Counted from the first letter of the stretch, positions 1 to 9,161 are shown. The stretch is DNA of 36,207 nucleotides from Anaeromyxobacter dehalogenans (GCA_020718465.1 DYRY01000001.1:7614-43820); one strand, 5' to 3'. Numbers and translations: made by a program. The notes: generated by a model from the letters alone, not told the origin.

Positions 1-38
1 GAAATTGAAAATAGAGAAATTGAAAATAGAGAAATTGA
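1..38 (+). repeat. 15-bp tandem repeat GAAATTGAAAATAGA, about 2.5 copies, truncated by the window start
   Basis: Directly visible. Confidence 0.9.
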
Positions 39-48
39 GTTACAATAG
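1..48 (+). CDS. 3' end of an upstream gene (partial), reading EIENREIENREIELQ-stop
   Basis: Frame 1 is open from base 1 to TAG at 46-48 (second TAG follows). It is encoded by a 15-bp tandem repeat and followed by a T-rich intergenic stretch. Confidence 0.55.
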   Translation, partial: EIENREIENREIELQ

Positions 49-118
49 TAGAGATTTCTATTTTTTTATTTTTTTTTAATTTATTTTTTTCTTAATAGAG
101 ATAAATTTTATATTTTTG

Positions 119-147
119 TTGAATCAAAATAAAATTTTTTGTATACT
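119..147 (+). promoter_or_regulatory. Putative sigma70 promoter for the 176..844/rsmI unit
   Basis: TTGAAT-N17-TATACT, 28 nt upstream of the ATG at 176. The AT-rich background limits certainty. Confidence 0.5.
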
Positions 148-175
148 ATAATCTAAATATTCGTTTGAGTAAGAT

Positions 176-844
176 ATGAGACATTATTCTTATGAGGAAG
201 TAATCGATTATGTAGGATTTTTTATAACTAGAATAAAAGAGGCCAATCTTCTATTTCCAGATTGGATTCAAAATAGAATTGAGTATCTTTCAAAAAATTT
301 TTTAGAGTATAAAAAACTATATCATGAATTTGAAAATGTAAAAACTGATTTACAACGAACAATACATGATAAGAAAAAATGGTTTAAAAATAGCAAAAAA
401 GAGCTAAAAATGACCTATTTTTTAGTTGCATCTTATGGAAAAAAAGATATTACATCTCTCTATTTTATGAAATATACACCATCAAGAGTTAATAGTCTTC
501 CAATTGCAATGGAGATTTTAGATCATATAATATCTGTATCAGATTCAACAATTAGAACAGAGGTAGACCCTAAACTTCCAATTTTAAGGGAGTTATATAA
601 TGATGGTAAAATACTCCTATCTGTTGATTTTAAAGAGAAATCGGAAAATAGGGGTTACACAAAAGAGATGCAAATTTTAAAAAAAGAGGTTATGAAAATA
701 TATGAGGTTTTATGGTATCTTATTCAAGGCTATTTTATTGAACAGTTTGGAGATATCACTCTTTATTTTAAAGAGGAGCAGAAAAAACAGAAAAGAGGAA
801 GAAAACCTAAAAAAACTCTTGAAGATAGTTCTGAAAAAATCTAG
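176..844 (+). CDS. Hypothetical all-helical protein with an internal duplication and a basic AT-hook-like C-terminal motif
   Basis: 222-aa ORF. KDITSLYF and GDITLYF end two similar halves; the tail contains KRGRKPKK. Confidence 0.75.
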   Translation: MRHYSYEEVIDYVGFFITRIKEANLLFPDWIQNRIEYLSKNFLEYKKLYHEFENVKTDLQRTIHDKKKWFKNSKKELKMTYFLVASYGKKDITSLYFMKYTPSRVNSLPIAMEILDHIISVSDSTIRTEVDPKLPILRELYNDGKILLSVDFKEKSENRGYTKEMQILKKEVMKIYEVLWYLIQGYFIEQFGDITLYFKEEQKKQKRGRKPKKTLEDSSEKI

Positions 845-864
845 TATTAAAATTTTGGAGTTTT

Positions 865-1545
865 ATGTCAACCCTCTATCTTGTTTCAATTCCAATTGGA
901 AATAGTGATGATATAACATTACGTGCCTTAAAAGTTTTGAAAAAAACATCTGTTTTGGTTTGTGAAGATTTTAAAATTGGTCATAGAGTAATAAAAGAGT
1001 ATGATCTTGGTAAGAAAGAGCTTCTTATTTTGAATGAACACTCAAATGAATCAGATATTGTAAATTTGCTTAATAATTATCTTTTAAAAGGGGTTGATAT
1101 AGCCCTATTTTCAGATGCTGGAACCCCAGTTTTTGCTGATCCTGGATATAACTTAGTAAAAAGTTCATACTCATTTGGAGTAGAAGTTACTCCTATTGTA
1201 GGAGCATCATCTCTTATGGGTGCAATTGCAAAATCCGATATTCTTCTTAAAAAATTCTATTTTTATGGTTTTCTCTCTGCTAAAAAAGAGTTAAGAGCAA
1301 AAGAGTTGAGTAATCTTAAAAATTTTAAAGATCCAATAGTTTTACTTGAGGCTCCATATAGATTATCATCTCTATTAGAGGCATTAAAAAATGATTTTGA
1401 TGAAAAACGTTATATAAATATTATAACTAATCTAACAATGGAAAATGAGTCAATTATTAAAGGTTCTATTAAAACTATTTGGGAGTATTTTCAAAAAAAT
1501 CCATTTAAAGGGGAGTTTGTTGTAATAATTGAACCAAAACAATAA
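865..1545 (+). CDS. rsmI: 16S rRNA (cytidine1402-2'-O)-methyltransferase
   Basis: LYLVSIPIGNSDDITLRAL, CED, SDAGTPVFADPG, FYGFL and EAPYR motifs; GGAG RBS. Confidence 0.95.
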   Translation: MSTLYLVSIPIGNSDDITLRALKVLKKTSVLVCEDFKIGHRVIKEYDLGKKELLILNEHSNESDIVNLLNNYLLKGVDIALFSDAGTPVFADPGYNLVKSSYSFGVEVTPIVGASSLMGAIAKSDILLKKFYFYGFLSAKKELRAKELSNLKNFKDPIVLLEAPYRLSSLLEALKNDFDEKRYINIITNLTMENESIIKGSIKTIWEYFQKNPFKGEFVVIIEPKQ

Positions 1546-1743
1546 CCTATATTATATTTTAAAATAACAAAAAGTAAAAAGAGTATTGCTTTTTTTTATT
1601 TAAAAGCAAACAAAAAAAACGATTAAAATTTATAAAAATAGTGATTATATATTTTTTTTGTAAAAAAATTAAAAAAATACAATTTTTTCTTGTTTGAAAA
1701 AATGAAATATGTTACAAGTATAATAGGCTTTATGGGATGCTTA

Positions 1744-2148
1744 ATGAAAGTTCTCATTGTTGAAGATGATATCATTAGTAGAAACCTAATGCAGGCAATA
1801 CTAAATCCTTATGCAAACTGCGAAGTTGCAACAAATGGTAGAGAGGCGGTTGAACTATTTATATCTGCTTTTAATACAGAAAAACCATACGATTTAGTTT
1901 GTATGGACATCATGATGCCAGAAAAAAATGGTCATGAAGCATTAAAAGAGATTCGCTCTTTTGAGGAGAGTCAAGGAATTGGTCAATCAAAGGGGGCAAA
2001 AGTTATAATGACAACTGCTCTTAGTGATTTTAAAAATGTTGCAGAGGCATTCAAATCCCAATGTGAAGGCTATCTTGTTAAGCCTATCAGAAAGGAGAAG
2101 CTTCTAAAAACAATTCAAGAGCTTATTCCTGAGTTTGATTTTTTATAA
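1744..2148 (+). CDS. Single-domain CheY-like response regulator
   Basis: MKVLIVEDD, MDIMMP (phospho-acceptor Asp), MTTA and YLVKP. Start moved to the ATG at 1744, which begins the receiver fold. Confidence 0.93.
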   Translation: MKVLIVEDDIISRNLMQAILNPYANCEVATNGREAVELFISAFNTEKPYDLVCMDIMMPEKNGHEALKEIRSFEESQGIGQSKGAKVIMTTALSDFKNVAEAFKSQCEGYLVKPIRKEKLLKTIQELIPEFDFL

Positions 2149-2406
2149 AACTCTGCCTTGAAAACTATAACATCTGAATATGTATTCATAAGTTTATGAT
2201 GTTTTGGTAGTAAGTAAAATATATAATTAAGTGATATTTTCACCTCTTTTTATTTTTAAAATGGTTCTTATTATTTCTCAACATAAAATTTTTATTTTTT
2301 TAACAGATTTAAAATAAATATCAGAAAAAAAATTCTTATATTAATTCTCTTTTATTTTTTCATTTTTTTTGTTAACATAATGGAGTTAGTTTTAAGGAAT
2401 GGAGAG

Positions 2407-3468
2407 ATGATTAAATCAAATGAGATAATGTTAACCAAAGAGGAGATTAAAAGATTTCCAAAAACAGACCTACACCTACACCTAGATGGTTCTCTAAGGC
2501 TATCAACAATTTTAGATTTAGCACAAAAAGATAATGTTGATCTTGGAGTTAAAACAGAGGCAGAGCTTGCAAAACTTATTCACATGGGAGAGAACTGCTC
2601 ATCTCTTGAGGAGTATTTGGTTGCTTTTAGAGTTACCCTATCAGTTCTTCAAACAGAGGAGTCTCTTTATAGAGTTGCTTATGAGTTGGCAGAGGATGCA
2701 GCAGCAGAGAATGTTAGATATATGGAGGTTCGTTATGCTCCTGTTCTTCATAGAGAGAAAGGGTTATCACTAACTCAAATAATAGAGGCTGTTTTACATG
2801 GTCTTAAAGCTGGTGAAAAAGATTTTGGTATAAAAAGTGGTGTTATTTTAAGTGGCATAAGAAATATATCAAATGAGTATTCTCTAAGATTAGCGGAGTT
2901 GGCTGTTGCATATAAAAATTTTGGTGTTGTTGGATTTGATCTAGCTGGTGCAGAGGCTAACTATCCTGCAAAAGATCATCAAGAAGCATTTAAATTAATC
3001 CGTTTTAATAACATAAACTCAACTTGCCATGCAGGTGAGGCATATGGTCCAGAGTCAATCCATCAGGCACTTCATCTTGTTGGAGCCCATAGAATTGGTC
3101 ATGGAACAAGATTAAGAGAGGATGGAAACCTACTAAACTATGTTAATGATCATAGAATTCCTCTTGAAGTGTGTATAAAAAGTAATGTTCAAACAGGTGC
3201 TGTTCAAAATATAAAAACACATCCTGTTCGTTTCTATTATGATCTTGGGATTCGAGTAACAATAAACACTGATAATAGGTTGATAACAGATACAACGGTA
3301 ACAGATGAACTATATCTACTTCATACAGTTTTTAAATTTTCTATTGAAGAGTTAAGAAATGTTATAATAAATGGATTTAAATCTGCATTTTTGCCATACA
3401 GACAAAAACAGGAGTTACTAAAAAATGTGTTAGAGGAGTTTGATAATCTAATCAAAGATAAAAAATAG
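2407..3468 (+). CDS. add: Adenosine deaminase
   Basis: PKTDLHLHLDGS, GFDLAGAE, HAGE, RIGHG and NTDN motifs. Start is uncertain (2380, 2407 or 2428). Confidence 0.93.
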   Translation: MIKSNEIMLTKEEIKRFPKTDLHLHLDGSLRLSTILDLAQKDNVDLGVKTEAELAKLIHMGENCSSLEEYLVAFRVTLSVLQTEESLYRVAYELAEDAAAENVRYMEVRYAPVLHREKGLSLTQIIEAVLHGLKAGEKDFGIKSGVILSGIRNISNEYSLRLAELAVAYKNFGVVGFDLAGAEANYPAKDHQEAFKLIRFNNINSTCHAGEAYGPESIHQALHLVGAHRIGHGTRLREDGNLLNYVNDHRIPLEVCIKSNVQTGAVQNIKTHPVRFYYDLGIRVTINTDNRLITDTTVTDELYLLHTVFKFSIEELRNVIINGFKSAFLPYRQKQELLKNVLEEFDNLIKDKK

Positions 3469-3506
3469 AGTTTTTTACTTTTTTTTGAAAAAGGGATATT
3501 TTATTG

Positions 3507-4301
3507 ATGGTAACATTAAAGTTTTATGAAAATGGTGATGAGAATAGAGCTGATTTAATAAACTATCCATTTATTGAATCTACATATCCATTAGTATCTT
3601 TTTTAGAGAGTTATCATAGCTATGAGATTCGAGATTTTGAACGAATTCCAGAGAGTGGTGGAGGAATTATTGTTGGTAATCATGGATTTTTAGCATATGA
3701 TATTTATCTTCTTGCATTTAAATATTATCAAAAACATAAAAAAATGTGGCGTGGATTGACAGATCATGTTATCTTTAAAATACCAATATTGCGAGAGATA
3801 TTTTTAGCTCTTGGGATTGTTGATGGTAATAGAGATAATGCCTCACAACTACTAAAGGGTGGTGAATTTTTAATTGTATTTCCTGGTGGTTCAAAAGAGG
3901 CAATGAAATCTTCAAAAGAGAGATATATGTTAAAGTGGGAAGGGAGATATGGCTTTTTAAAAATGGCATTAAAACATCGAGTTCCAATTATTCCTGCTGT
4001 TTGTATTGGTATTGATGAGATTTTTGATGTTCATGTTAATGGATATGAGTTTGCGGAGATGCTTGGAATTCAGGATTTTCCAATACCAATTTTTAGTGGT
4101 CGTTTTGGACTTCCAATTCCAAAACCAGTAAAATTAACCCACTATATTGGTGAACCTCTATATTTTTTAGAGAGTGAATATGAGTTATATGATGATTTAG
4201 ATGTTTTGAAAAAAGTTCAAAAAAGAGTTAAAAAAATTTTAGAAAAAATGATAACAGATGGGCAAAAGGAGAGGAAGTTATGGGACAAACAAGAAAATTA
4301 A
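3507..4301 (+). CDS. Lysophospholipid/DAGAT-like acyltransferase (PlsC superfamily)
   Basis: NHGFLAYD catalytic motif, VFPGGSKE, GFLKMAL..RVPIIP and IGEP. Confidence 0.88.
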   Translation: MVTLKFYENGDENRADLINYPFIESTYPLVSFLESYHSYEIRDFERIPESGGGIIVGNHGFLAYDIYLLAFKYYQKHKKMWRGLTDHVIFKIPILREIFLALGIVDGNRDNASQLLKGGEFLIVFPGGSKEAMKSSKERYMLKWEGRYGFLKMALKHRVPIIPAVCIGIDEIFDVHVNGYEFAEMLGIQDFPIPIFSGRFGLPIPKPVKLTHYIGEPLYFLESEYELYDDLDVLKKVQKRVKKILEKMITDGQKERKLWDKQEN

Positions 4302-4657
4302 TTTTTCTAAAAGAGTCTCTTTTAGAGGAGATTGAGCTTCAAAAAAAGGGAATTGTAAATTCCGAAGGTATTTTACAAATGACAAATGGAGTCTCTTATC
4401 ACCTAGAGCCTGCTGTAAGATTTATTGAAGAGATTTCTGGAAATGGTGATAGCAGAAAAATGATTAATTTAATATTTACCATTAAAGATATTGAACAAAA
4501 GGGATATGATTTTTATATGGATAATGTTATTATTGATGACTCTGTATATCTTATTGAACAGGGTTTTAAGGGTATTTTAGTTGAAAAGCAGGAGATAAAA
4601 AAAGAGGAGTTATCAGATGAGCAACTTCTTAGCAAATGGGTTAAACTAAATTTGTAA
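4280..4657 (+). CDS. Conserved hypothetical protein resembling a small myxobacterial family
   Basis: AGGAGAGG RBS; overlaps the upstream gene. The pattern IFL..LEE / PAVRF..EISG / D.VI..D.VY..E.GF / SDEQLL matches myxobacterial hypotheticals as I recall them. Confidence 0.75.
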   Translation: MGQTRKLIFLKESLLEEIELQKKGIVNSEGILQMTNGVSYHLEPAVRFIEEISGNGDSRKMINLIFTIKDIEQKGYDFYMDNVIIDDSVYLIEQGFKGILVEKQEIKKEELSDEQLLSKWVKLNL

Positions 4658-4741
4658 TGTTTTCAACAATATCTCTAAATATTCTTAAAACTTTTTTCTA
4701 CTTAATTCGTCTTTAAAAATATCAACAATTTGGGGATGGTC

Positions 4742-6379
4742 ATGAAAAAATTAATTATTGTTATTATCTTTATTTTTTTTCTAATCTCTTGCAAAAATGC
4801 AAAAGATGCTCATTTTAGTGCAAGCTCAAATGCACTTTCAGGTGGTAATGTTGCAACAAACAGAGATATTTCTGTTGTTGAAAAAGCAACTATGAACAAA
4901 TCTTTGGACAATTTTGTTGAAACTGAAGTTTCAGAAGATTTAAAATTAGATCAAGAGAAAAATCCAACAACAATTGCAACAGATGAGAAGTATGGAGAGA
5001 TTATTGAAAATGAGTTTGTTGCAGTGAAAGAGCAGAATTTTTCAACATTTAGCATTGATGTTGACACAGGCTCATATACAAATATTAGAAGAATGATTAA
5101 TATGGGAAATTTTATACCAAAAGATAGTGTGAGAGTTGAGGAGATGATTAACTACTTTAGTTATGATTATGAGGGACCAAAAAAAGATTCAAAAGAGCCA
5201 TTTTCAGTTCACACAGAGCTGTTTCCATCTATTTGGGGAAAAGATAGAGCTATTTTAAAAATAGGAATTCAGGGGAAAAGAGATAATTTTGAGAAATTAC
5301 CACCAGCAAATCTTGTGTTTTTAGTTGATGTTTCAGGTTCAATGAGTGATGAAAATAAGCTTCCACTATTAAAAAAATCATTAATAATGCTTAGTAATCA
5401 GCTTAGAGAGAACGATTTTGTAACAATAGTTGTTTATGCTGGTTCATCTGGAGTTGTTTTAGAACCAACATCAGGAAAAGATAAGAAAAAAATAGAGGAG
5501 GCTCTTGAAAGACTTGAGGCTGGTGGTTCAACTTATGGAGAGGGTGGAATTAGATTAGCATATAAAAAGGCAAAAGAGAACTTTAATAAAGAGGGGATAA
5601 ACAGAGTTATTATTTGTACAGATGGAGATTTTAATGTTGGAGAGTCAAATACAAATAAACTTAAAGAGTTAATTGAAAAAGAGAGGGAGTCTGGAGTTAC
5701 ATTAACAACATTGGGTTTTGGAATGGGAAACTATAATGATAATCTTATGGAGCAACTTTCAAATGTTGGAAATGGAAACTATGCCTATATTGATAATATT
5801 AATGAGGCGAAAAAAACTCTGGTAACTCAATTGGCCTCAACATTAAATATTATTGCAAAAGATGTTAAAATCCAAATTGAATTTAATGGAGATGTTGTAA
5901 GTTACTATAGACAAATTGGTTATGAAAATAGAAAACTAAAAAAAGAGGATTTCAATAATGATAAAGTTGATGCAGGGGAGATTGGTTCAGGTCATCAAGT
6001 AACAGCTATTTATGAGATTGTTTTTGCAGACAGTAAAAATCAACCAGTAGATCAAGAGAGATACTCTAAAAAAGAGGATATAAAAGGGGATGTTGATGAG
6101 TTTGCATTTTTAAAACTACGTTATAAAGAGCCAACAGGAGATGTTTCAAAATTAGTAACAACACCACTAAAAAAATCTGCAATGATTAGTTCAGAAAAAA
6201 TCTCAACAGATTCAAAATTTGCAGTTGCAGTTGCCTCTTTTGGTCAGCTTTTAAGAGGTGGAAAATATAATGGAGCTCTTAAAAAAGAGGATATTATCAA
6301 TTTAGCAACTGAAGGAAAGGGGCATGATGAGTTTGGTTATAGAGCTGAATTTATTAAACTTCTAGGTGAACATAAATAA
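4742..6379 (+). CDS. yfbK: vWA-domain lipoprotein, YfbK / DUF3520 family
   Basis: Lipobox LISC, STFSIDVDTGSY, VRVEEMINYFSY, MIDAS motif DVSGSM, TDGDFNVG, IAKDVKIQIEFN, GYENR and DAGEIG. Confidence 0.88.
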   Translation: MKKLIIVIIFIFFLISCKNAKDAHFSASSNALSGGNVATNRDISVVEKATMNKSLDNFVETEVSEDLKLDQEKNPTTIATDEKYGEIIENEFVAVKEQNFSTFSIDVDTGSYTNIRRMINMGNFIPKDSVRVEEMINYFSYDYEGPKKDSKEPFSVHTELFPSIWGKDRAILKIGIQGKRDNFEKLPPANLVFLVDVSGSMSDENKLPLLKKSLIMLSNQLRENDFVTIVVYAGSSGVVLEPTSGKDKKKIEEALERLEAGGSTYGEGGIRLAYKKAKENFNKEGINRVIICTDGDFNVGESNTNKLKELIEKERESGVTLTTLGFGMGNYNDNLMEQLSNVGNGNYAYIDNINEAKKTLVTQLASTLNIIAKDVKIQIEFNGDVVSYYRQIGYENRKLKKEDFNNDKVDAGEIGSGHQVTAIYEIVFADSKNQPVDQERYSKKEDIKGDVDEFAFLKLRYKEPTGDVSKLVTTPLKKSAMISSEKISTDSKFAVAVASFGQLLRGGKYNGALKKEDIINLATEGKGHDEFGYRAEFIKLLGEHK

Positions 6380-6471
6380 TATTTTTTCTATTTATTAAAA
6401 AAAATAAAATCTTGCTAATTTGAAATCATTACAACAGAAAAAATTCGAAAATCCAAAAGAAAAAAGAGTAA

Positions 6472-6739
6472 TTACATATTTTCTGATTGTAATGTGGTTA
6501 ATTGTGTTTGATATGTTGCTAATAATGCCTCTTTTTGTCGAAGTTCAATCGATTCATTTCCACCATCAATATTTGATGCAGTTTCACTTGATTTTGATAA
6601 AGCTCTTGCCTCATCAGAGATATCAACACGATCTATAGGCACTGTAAATGTTTTCTCTACCTCTTTCTCTTCAACTTTTTTCTCAGTTACTTTAACAGAC
6701 TGTTTTTGTTCAAGAATTGATTGATGTAATAATATTCAT
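6472..6739 (-). pseudogene. Small interrupted ORF (about 88 aa) with a FlgM-like DRVDISDEARAL motif; not in the ORF track
   Basis: The minus frame is open from 6735 to TAA at 6472 (ILLHQSILEQKQSVKVTEKKVEEKEVEKTFTVPIDRVDISDEARALSKSSETAS...LQSENM). The ATG at 6739, which has a GGGGT RBS, is one base out of frame. The in-frame ATG at 6750 is cut off by TGA at 6736-6738. Confidence 0.6.
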
Positions 6740-6928
6740 TTTACCCCCATATATAACTAATATACGAGTAATAAAATAGATAAAAGTTAATAAAAATATA
6801 TTATGGTATAGGTATGAATTTAAGATTTCAGGTTTTTAAGAAAAACAACTTCAAAATAATAGATCATATTGAAAATAATATTTGATATTAATAAAGATTT
6901 TTAAAATCCTTTCACTCAAAATACTATG

Positions 6929-8059
6929 TTAATCTTTACTATTTAAAGCTTTAATAATATCTAAAAGTCCCTCTAAATCAGATATATCTCTATTTAAAAA
7001 TGGAATTTTTAATATCTCTGAATTTTCTAAAATAGTTAACTCTTTCAAATCTTGAAGATGTTTCTGATGATAAAATCTTCTATTTTGTTCAAGAATAGAG
7101 AGTATTTCAGAAATTTTATGAGAACCAATCTCTTTTATTTGAGGAATTTTCATTAAATCATCAAATTCTAAGTCAATTGTTTCTGTAGTTTCAAAAGAGG
7201 GATGAACTCGATTAACAATAAATGCAATCAAATGAAATCCATATCTATCAATCTCTTTTTGAAAAAATAGTGCCTCCTCAAGTGAACTTTTTTGAGGAGA
7301 TGTAATAATATAAAAACCAACATCATTTGATTTAAAAAGTTTATGTAGCTCTAAACTTCTAGTTTTTATACCATCAATTAAATCAGAGATATGAAAAAGA
7401 AAAGAGGCTATTACCTCAAGTGTTTCAACACCAACAAATTTTGATAATCCTTTAAGAATAAATTGAGATGATATTTGAAAAAATTTTAAAAATATTCCAC
7501 CCGATTTCTCATACATCTGAATTAAAAGTTTTGTAAACTGATTTTCAAAAATATTAAATAACCTCTCTGGAGCAGAGAAAAAATCTAAAGCATTTGCTGT
7601 TGGTGGAGTATCTAAAATAATCAAATCATATTCCCCTTTTTGAGAGATTTCAGCCAAAAGATTCATAGCAGCAAACTCTTGAGTTCCTGGTAAAGATGAG
7701 GAAAAAGCTTTATATGCACTATTTTCAAATAGTTTACTCCTCTTATCATCTGAAATATCTTTTTCAACCATTTTATCCACAATATTTTTTCTATCCAACA
7801 TCATTGCAAATAACTCCCCTTTTGCAATAACTCCAAGCTTCTTAAGAGGTGTTAAATCAATTTTTTGTGGTTCAACACCCAAACTTTCAAGACCTAAAGC
7901 ATTTGCAAGTCTTTTTGCAGGATCAATTGTTAAAACTAAAACTTTTTTTCCAACTATTGCTCCTTGTAATCCAAGAGTTGATGAAATTGTTGTTTTTCCA
8001 ACACCACCACTTCCAACAGAAACAATAATTTTTTTATTAAAAATATCACTATTCATCAT
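6929..8059 (-). CDS. ArsA/Get3-like single-domain ATPase (actinobacterial/myxobacterial type)
   Basis: GSGGVGKTT Walker A, TIDPAKRLANALG, LPGTQEF, ILDTPPT and IVNRV. Confidence 0.9.
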   Translation of the reverse strand: MMNSDIFNKKIIVSVGSGGVGKTTISSTLGLQGAIVGKKVLVLTIDPAKRLANALGLESLGVEPQKIDLTPLKKLGVIAKGELFAMMLDRKNIVDKMVEKDISDDKRSKLFENSAYKAFSSSLPGTQEFAAMNLLAEISQKGEYDLIILDTPPTANALDFFSAPERLFNIFENQFTKLLIQMYEKSGGIFLKFFQISSQFILKGLSKFVGVETLEVIASFLFHISDLIDGIKTRSLELHKLFKSNDVGFYIITSPQKSSLEEALFFQKEIDRYGFHLIAFIVNRVHPSFETTETIDLEFDDLMKIPQIKEIGSHKISEILSILEQNRRFYHQKHLQDLKELTILENSEILKIPFLNRDISDLEGLLDIIKALNSKD

Positions 8060-8110
8060 TTTAACTCTAAATAATTAACTGATTTTTTGTGTTTTCATAT
8101 ATAAAGTATA

Positions 8111-8587
8111 TTAATTATCTTTTTTTTTAGAAAAAATCCTTTTTAGTCCATCAATTCCTTGAACCCCAAGTTTAGTTAAAGCACTCATAACAACAGGACC
8201 ACCTAAAAGTAGAACTTTTAAGTATCCTTTTGATATCATTTTTATAAATCCAATATGTATTTTAAGATAGATCTCTTTTCCCTCCTCCCTGTTTTTAAAA
8301 AGTTTGAAAAAAAGTACTCCAAAATCACCAACAGATTCACTTTTAAGAGATATTAACTCATTTAAAGCCCCTTCAGAGAGTGATATTGTAAAATCTGGCT
8401 CTTTTGGACTATTTTCAAATATTGATGAGTAGTTTTCTCCTTCAACTCTTTTAAATGAGTAGCTTTTAGATTTATCATTTAGAAATATAACTCCACCCTC
8501 CGCTTTTTTACTTAAAGGATTTGTTGCTTTTTTTGCAACATCTCTATTTTCAAAAAAATCTTTTAGTTTTAAATATAGTTCACTCAT
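8111..8587 (-). CDS. Hypothetical protein, probable SCP2 (sterol carrier)-like lipid-binding fold
   Basis: GGAGAG RBS before the ATG at 8587. The PDFTISLSE.ALNEL segment is typical of SCP2 folds; the fold assignment is inference. Confidence 0.65.
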   Translation of the reverse strand: MSELYLKLKDFFENRDVAKKATNPLSKKAEGGVIFLNDKSKSYSFKRVEGENYSSIFENSPKEPDFTISLSEGALNELISLKSESVGDFGVLFFKLFKNREEGKEIYLKIHIGFIKMISKGYLKVLLLGGPVVMSALTKLGVQGIDGLKRIFSKKKDN

Positions 8588-8610
8588 AAAACTCTCCAAA
8601 TAACAGTTTT

Positions 8611-8640
8611 ACTTTATTTCTTTTTTCTCTTTTTTGTCAA
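8611..8640 (-). promoter_or_regulatory. Putative sigma70 promoter for SCP2-like/ArsA genes
   Basis: TTGACA-N18-TAAAGT on the minus strand. Confidence 0.5.
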
Positions 8641-8662
8641 TATTTTTTAACAAATTCTACAG

Positions 8663-8691
8663 TTGCATTTAAAATAATAATAACTTATAAT
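8663..8691 (+). promoter_or_regulatory. Putative sigma70 promoter for cdd (back-to-back with the previous promoter)
   Basis: TTGCAT-N17-TATAAT. Confidence 0.6.
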
Positions 8692-8719
8692 ATAATTCAT
8701 TAATGTTGGAGGATTTTAT

Positions 8720-9124
8720 ATGGAGAGAGAGAAAGAGTATATATCCATTTTAAAAGAGGTTAATCAAAAATCCTATGCACCATACTCTAATTTTAAAGTT
8801 TCAGCACTTTTAGTAACAAAAAGTGGAAAAATCTATACAGGGGTTAATGTAGAAAATGCCTCTTATGGTGGAACTATTTGTGCCGAAAGGGTTGCAATTT
8901 TTAAAGCTGTAAGTGAAGGGGAGAAAGAGTTTGATAGAATTTATATCTATAGTACAGATAAGGATGGTAATCACAAAATTACTCCACCTTGTGGTTTTTG
9001 TAGACAAGTTATGGTTGAGTTTTCAAAAGATATGAAAGTGATTTTAGTAGGAGATAGTGAAAAAGTTGAAACTGACATAAAAACACTTCAGCCATATCTT
9101 TTTGATGATAGTTATTTGGTTTGA
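8720..9124 (+). CDS. cdd: Cytidine deaminase (homotetrameric type)
   Basis: YAPYSNFKV, GVNVENASY, CAER and PCGFCRQ; GGAGG RBS. Confidence 0.96.
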   Translation: MEREKEYISILKEVNQKSYAPYSNFKVSALLVTKSGKIYTGVNVENASYGGTICAERVAIFKAVSEGEKEFDRIYIYSTDKDGNHKITPPCGFCRQVMVEFSKDMKVILVGDSEKVETDIKTLQPYLFDDSYLV

Positions 9125-9129
9125 AAAAA

Positions 9130-9160
9130 TAGAAAAGGCCACTCTTAGTGGCCTTTTCTA
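9130..9160. terminator. Bidirectional intrinsic terminator between convergent cdd and tRNA-Asn
   Basis: Perfect 14-bp inverted repeat TAGAAAAGGCCACT-ctt-AGTGGCCTTTTCTA with a GC-rich core and U-tracts on both strands. Confidence 0.88.
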
Positions 9161-9161
9161 A

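Noticed and set aside
2150-2260. Possible purine riboswitch upstream of add (TATAA...hairpin TGAATA-TG-TATTCA)
   Set aside because: The ATGG and GTTTCTACC core motifs and the P3 stem are absent; only an AT-rich hairpin is present.
6420-6638. Track ORF of 72 aa on the + strand
   Set aside because: TTG start with no RBS; antisense to the more protein-like minus-strand frame at 6472-6735.
6736-6738. Genome-wide TGA recoding (code 4/25) or selenocysteine
   Set aside because: cdd, the acyl-CoA dehydrogenase and 9506..10366 end at TGA where expected, Trp is TGG throughout, and no SECIS-like hairpin follows this TGA.
6929-8059. Arsenic resistance operon
   Set aside because: No arsB/acr3, arsC, arsD or arsR nearby; the ATPase is single-domain and has no Cys.
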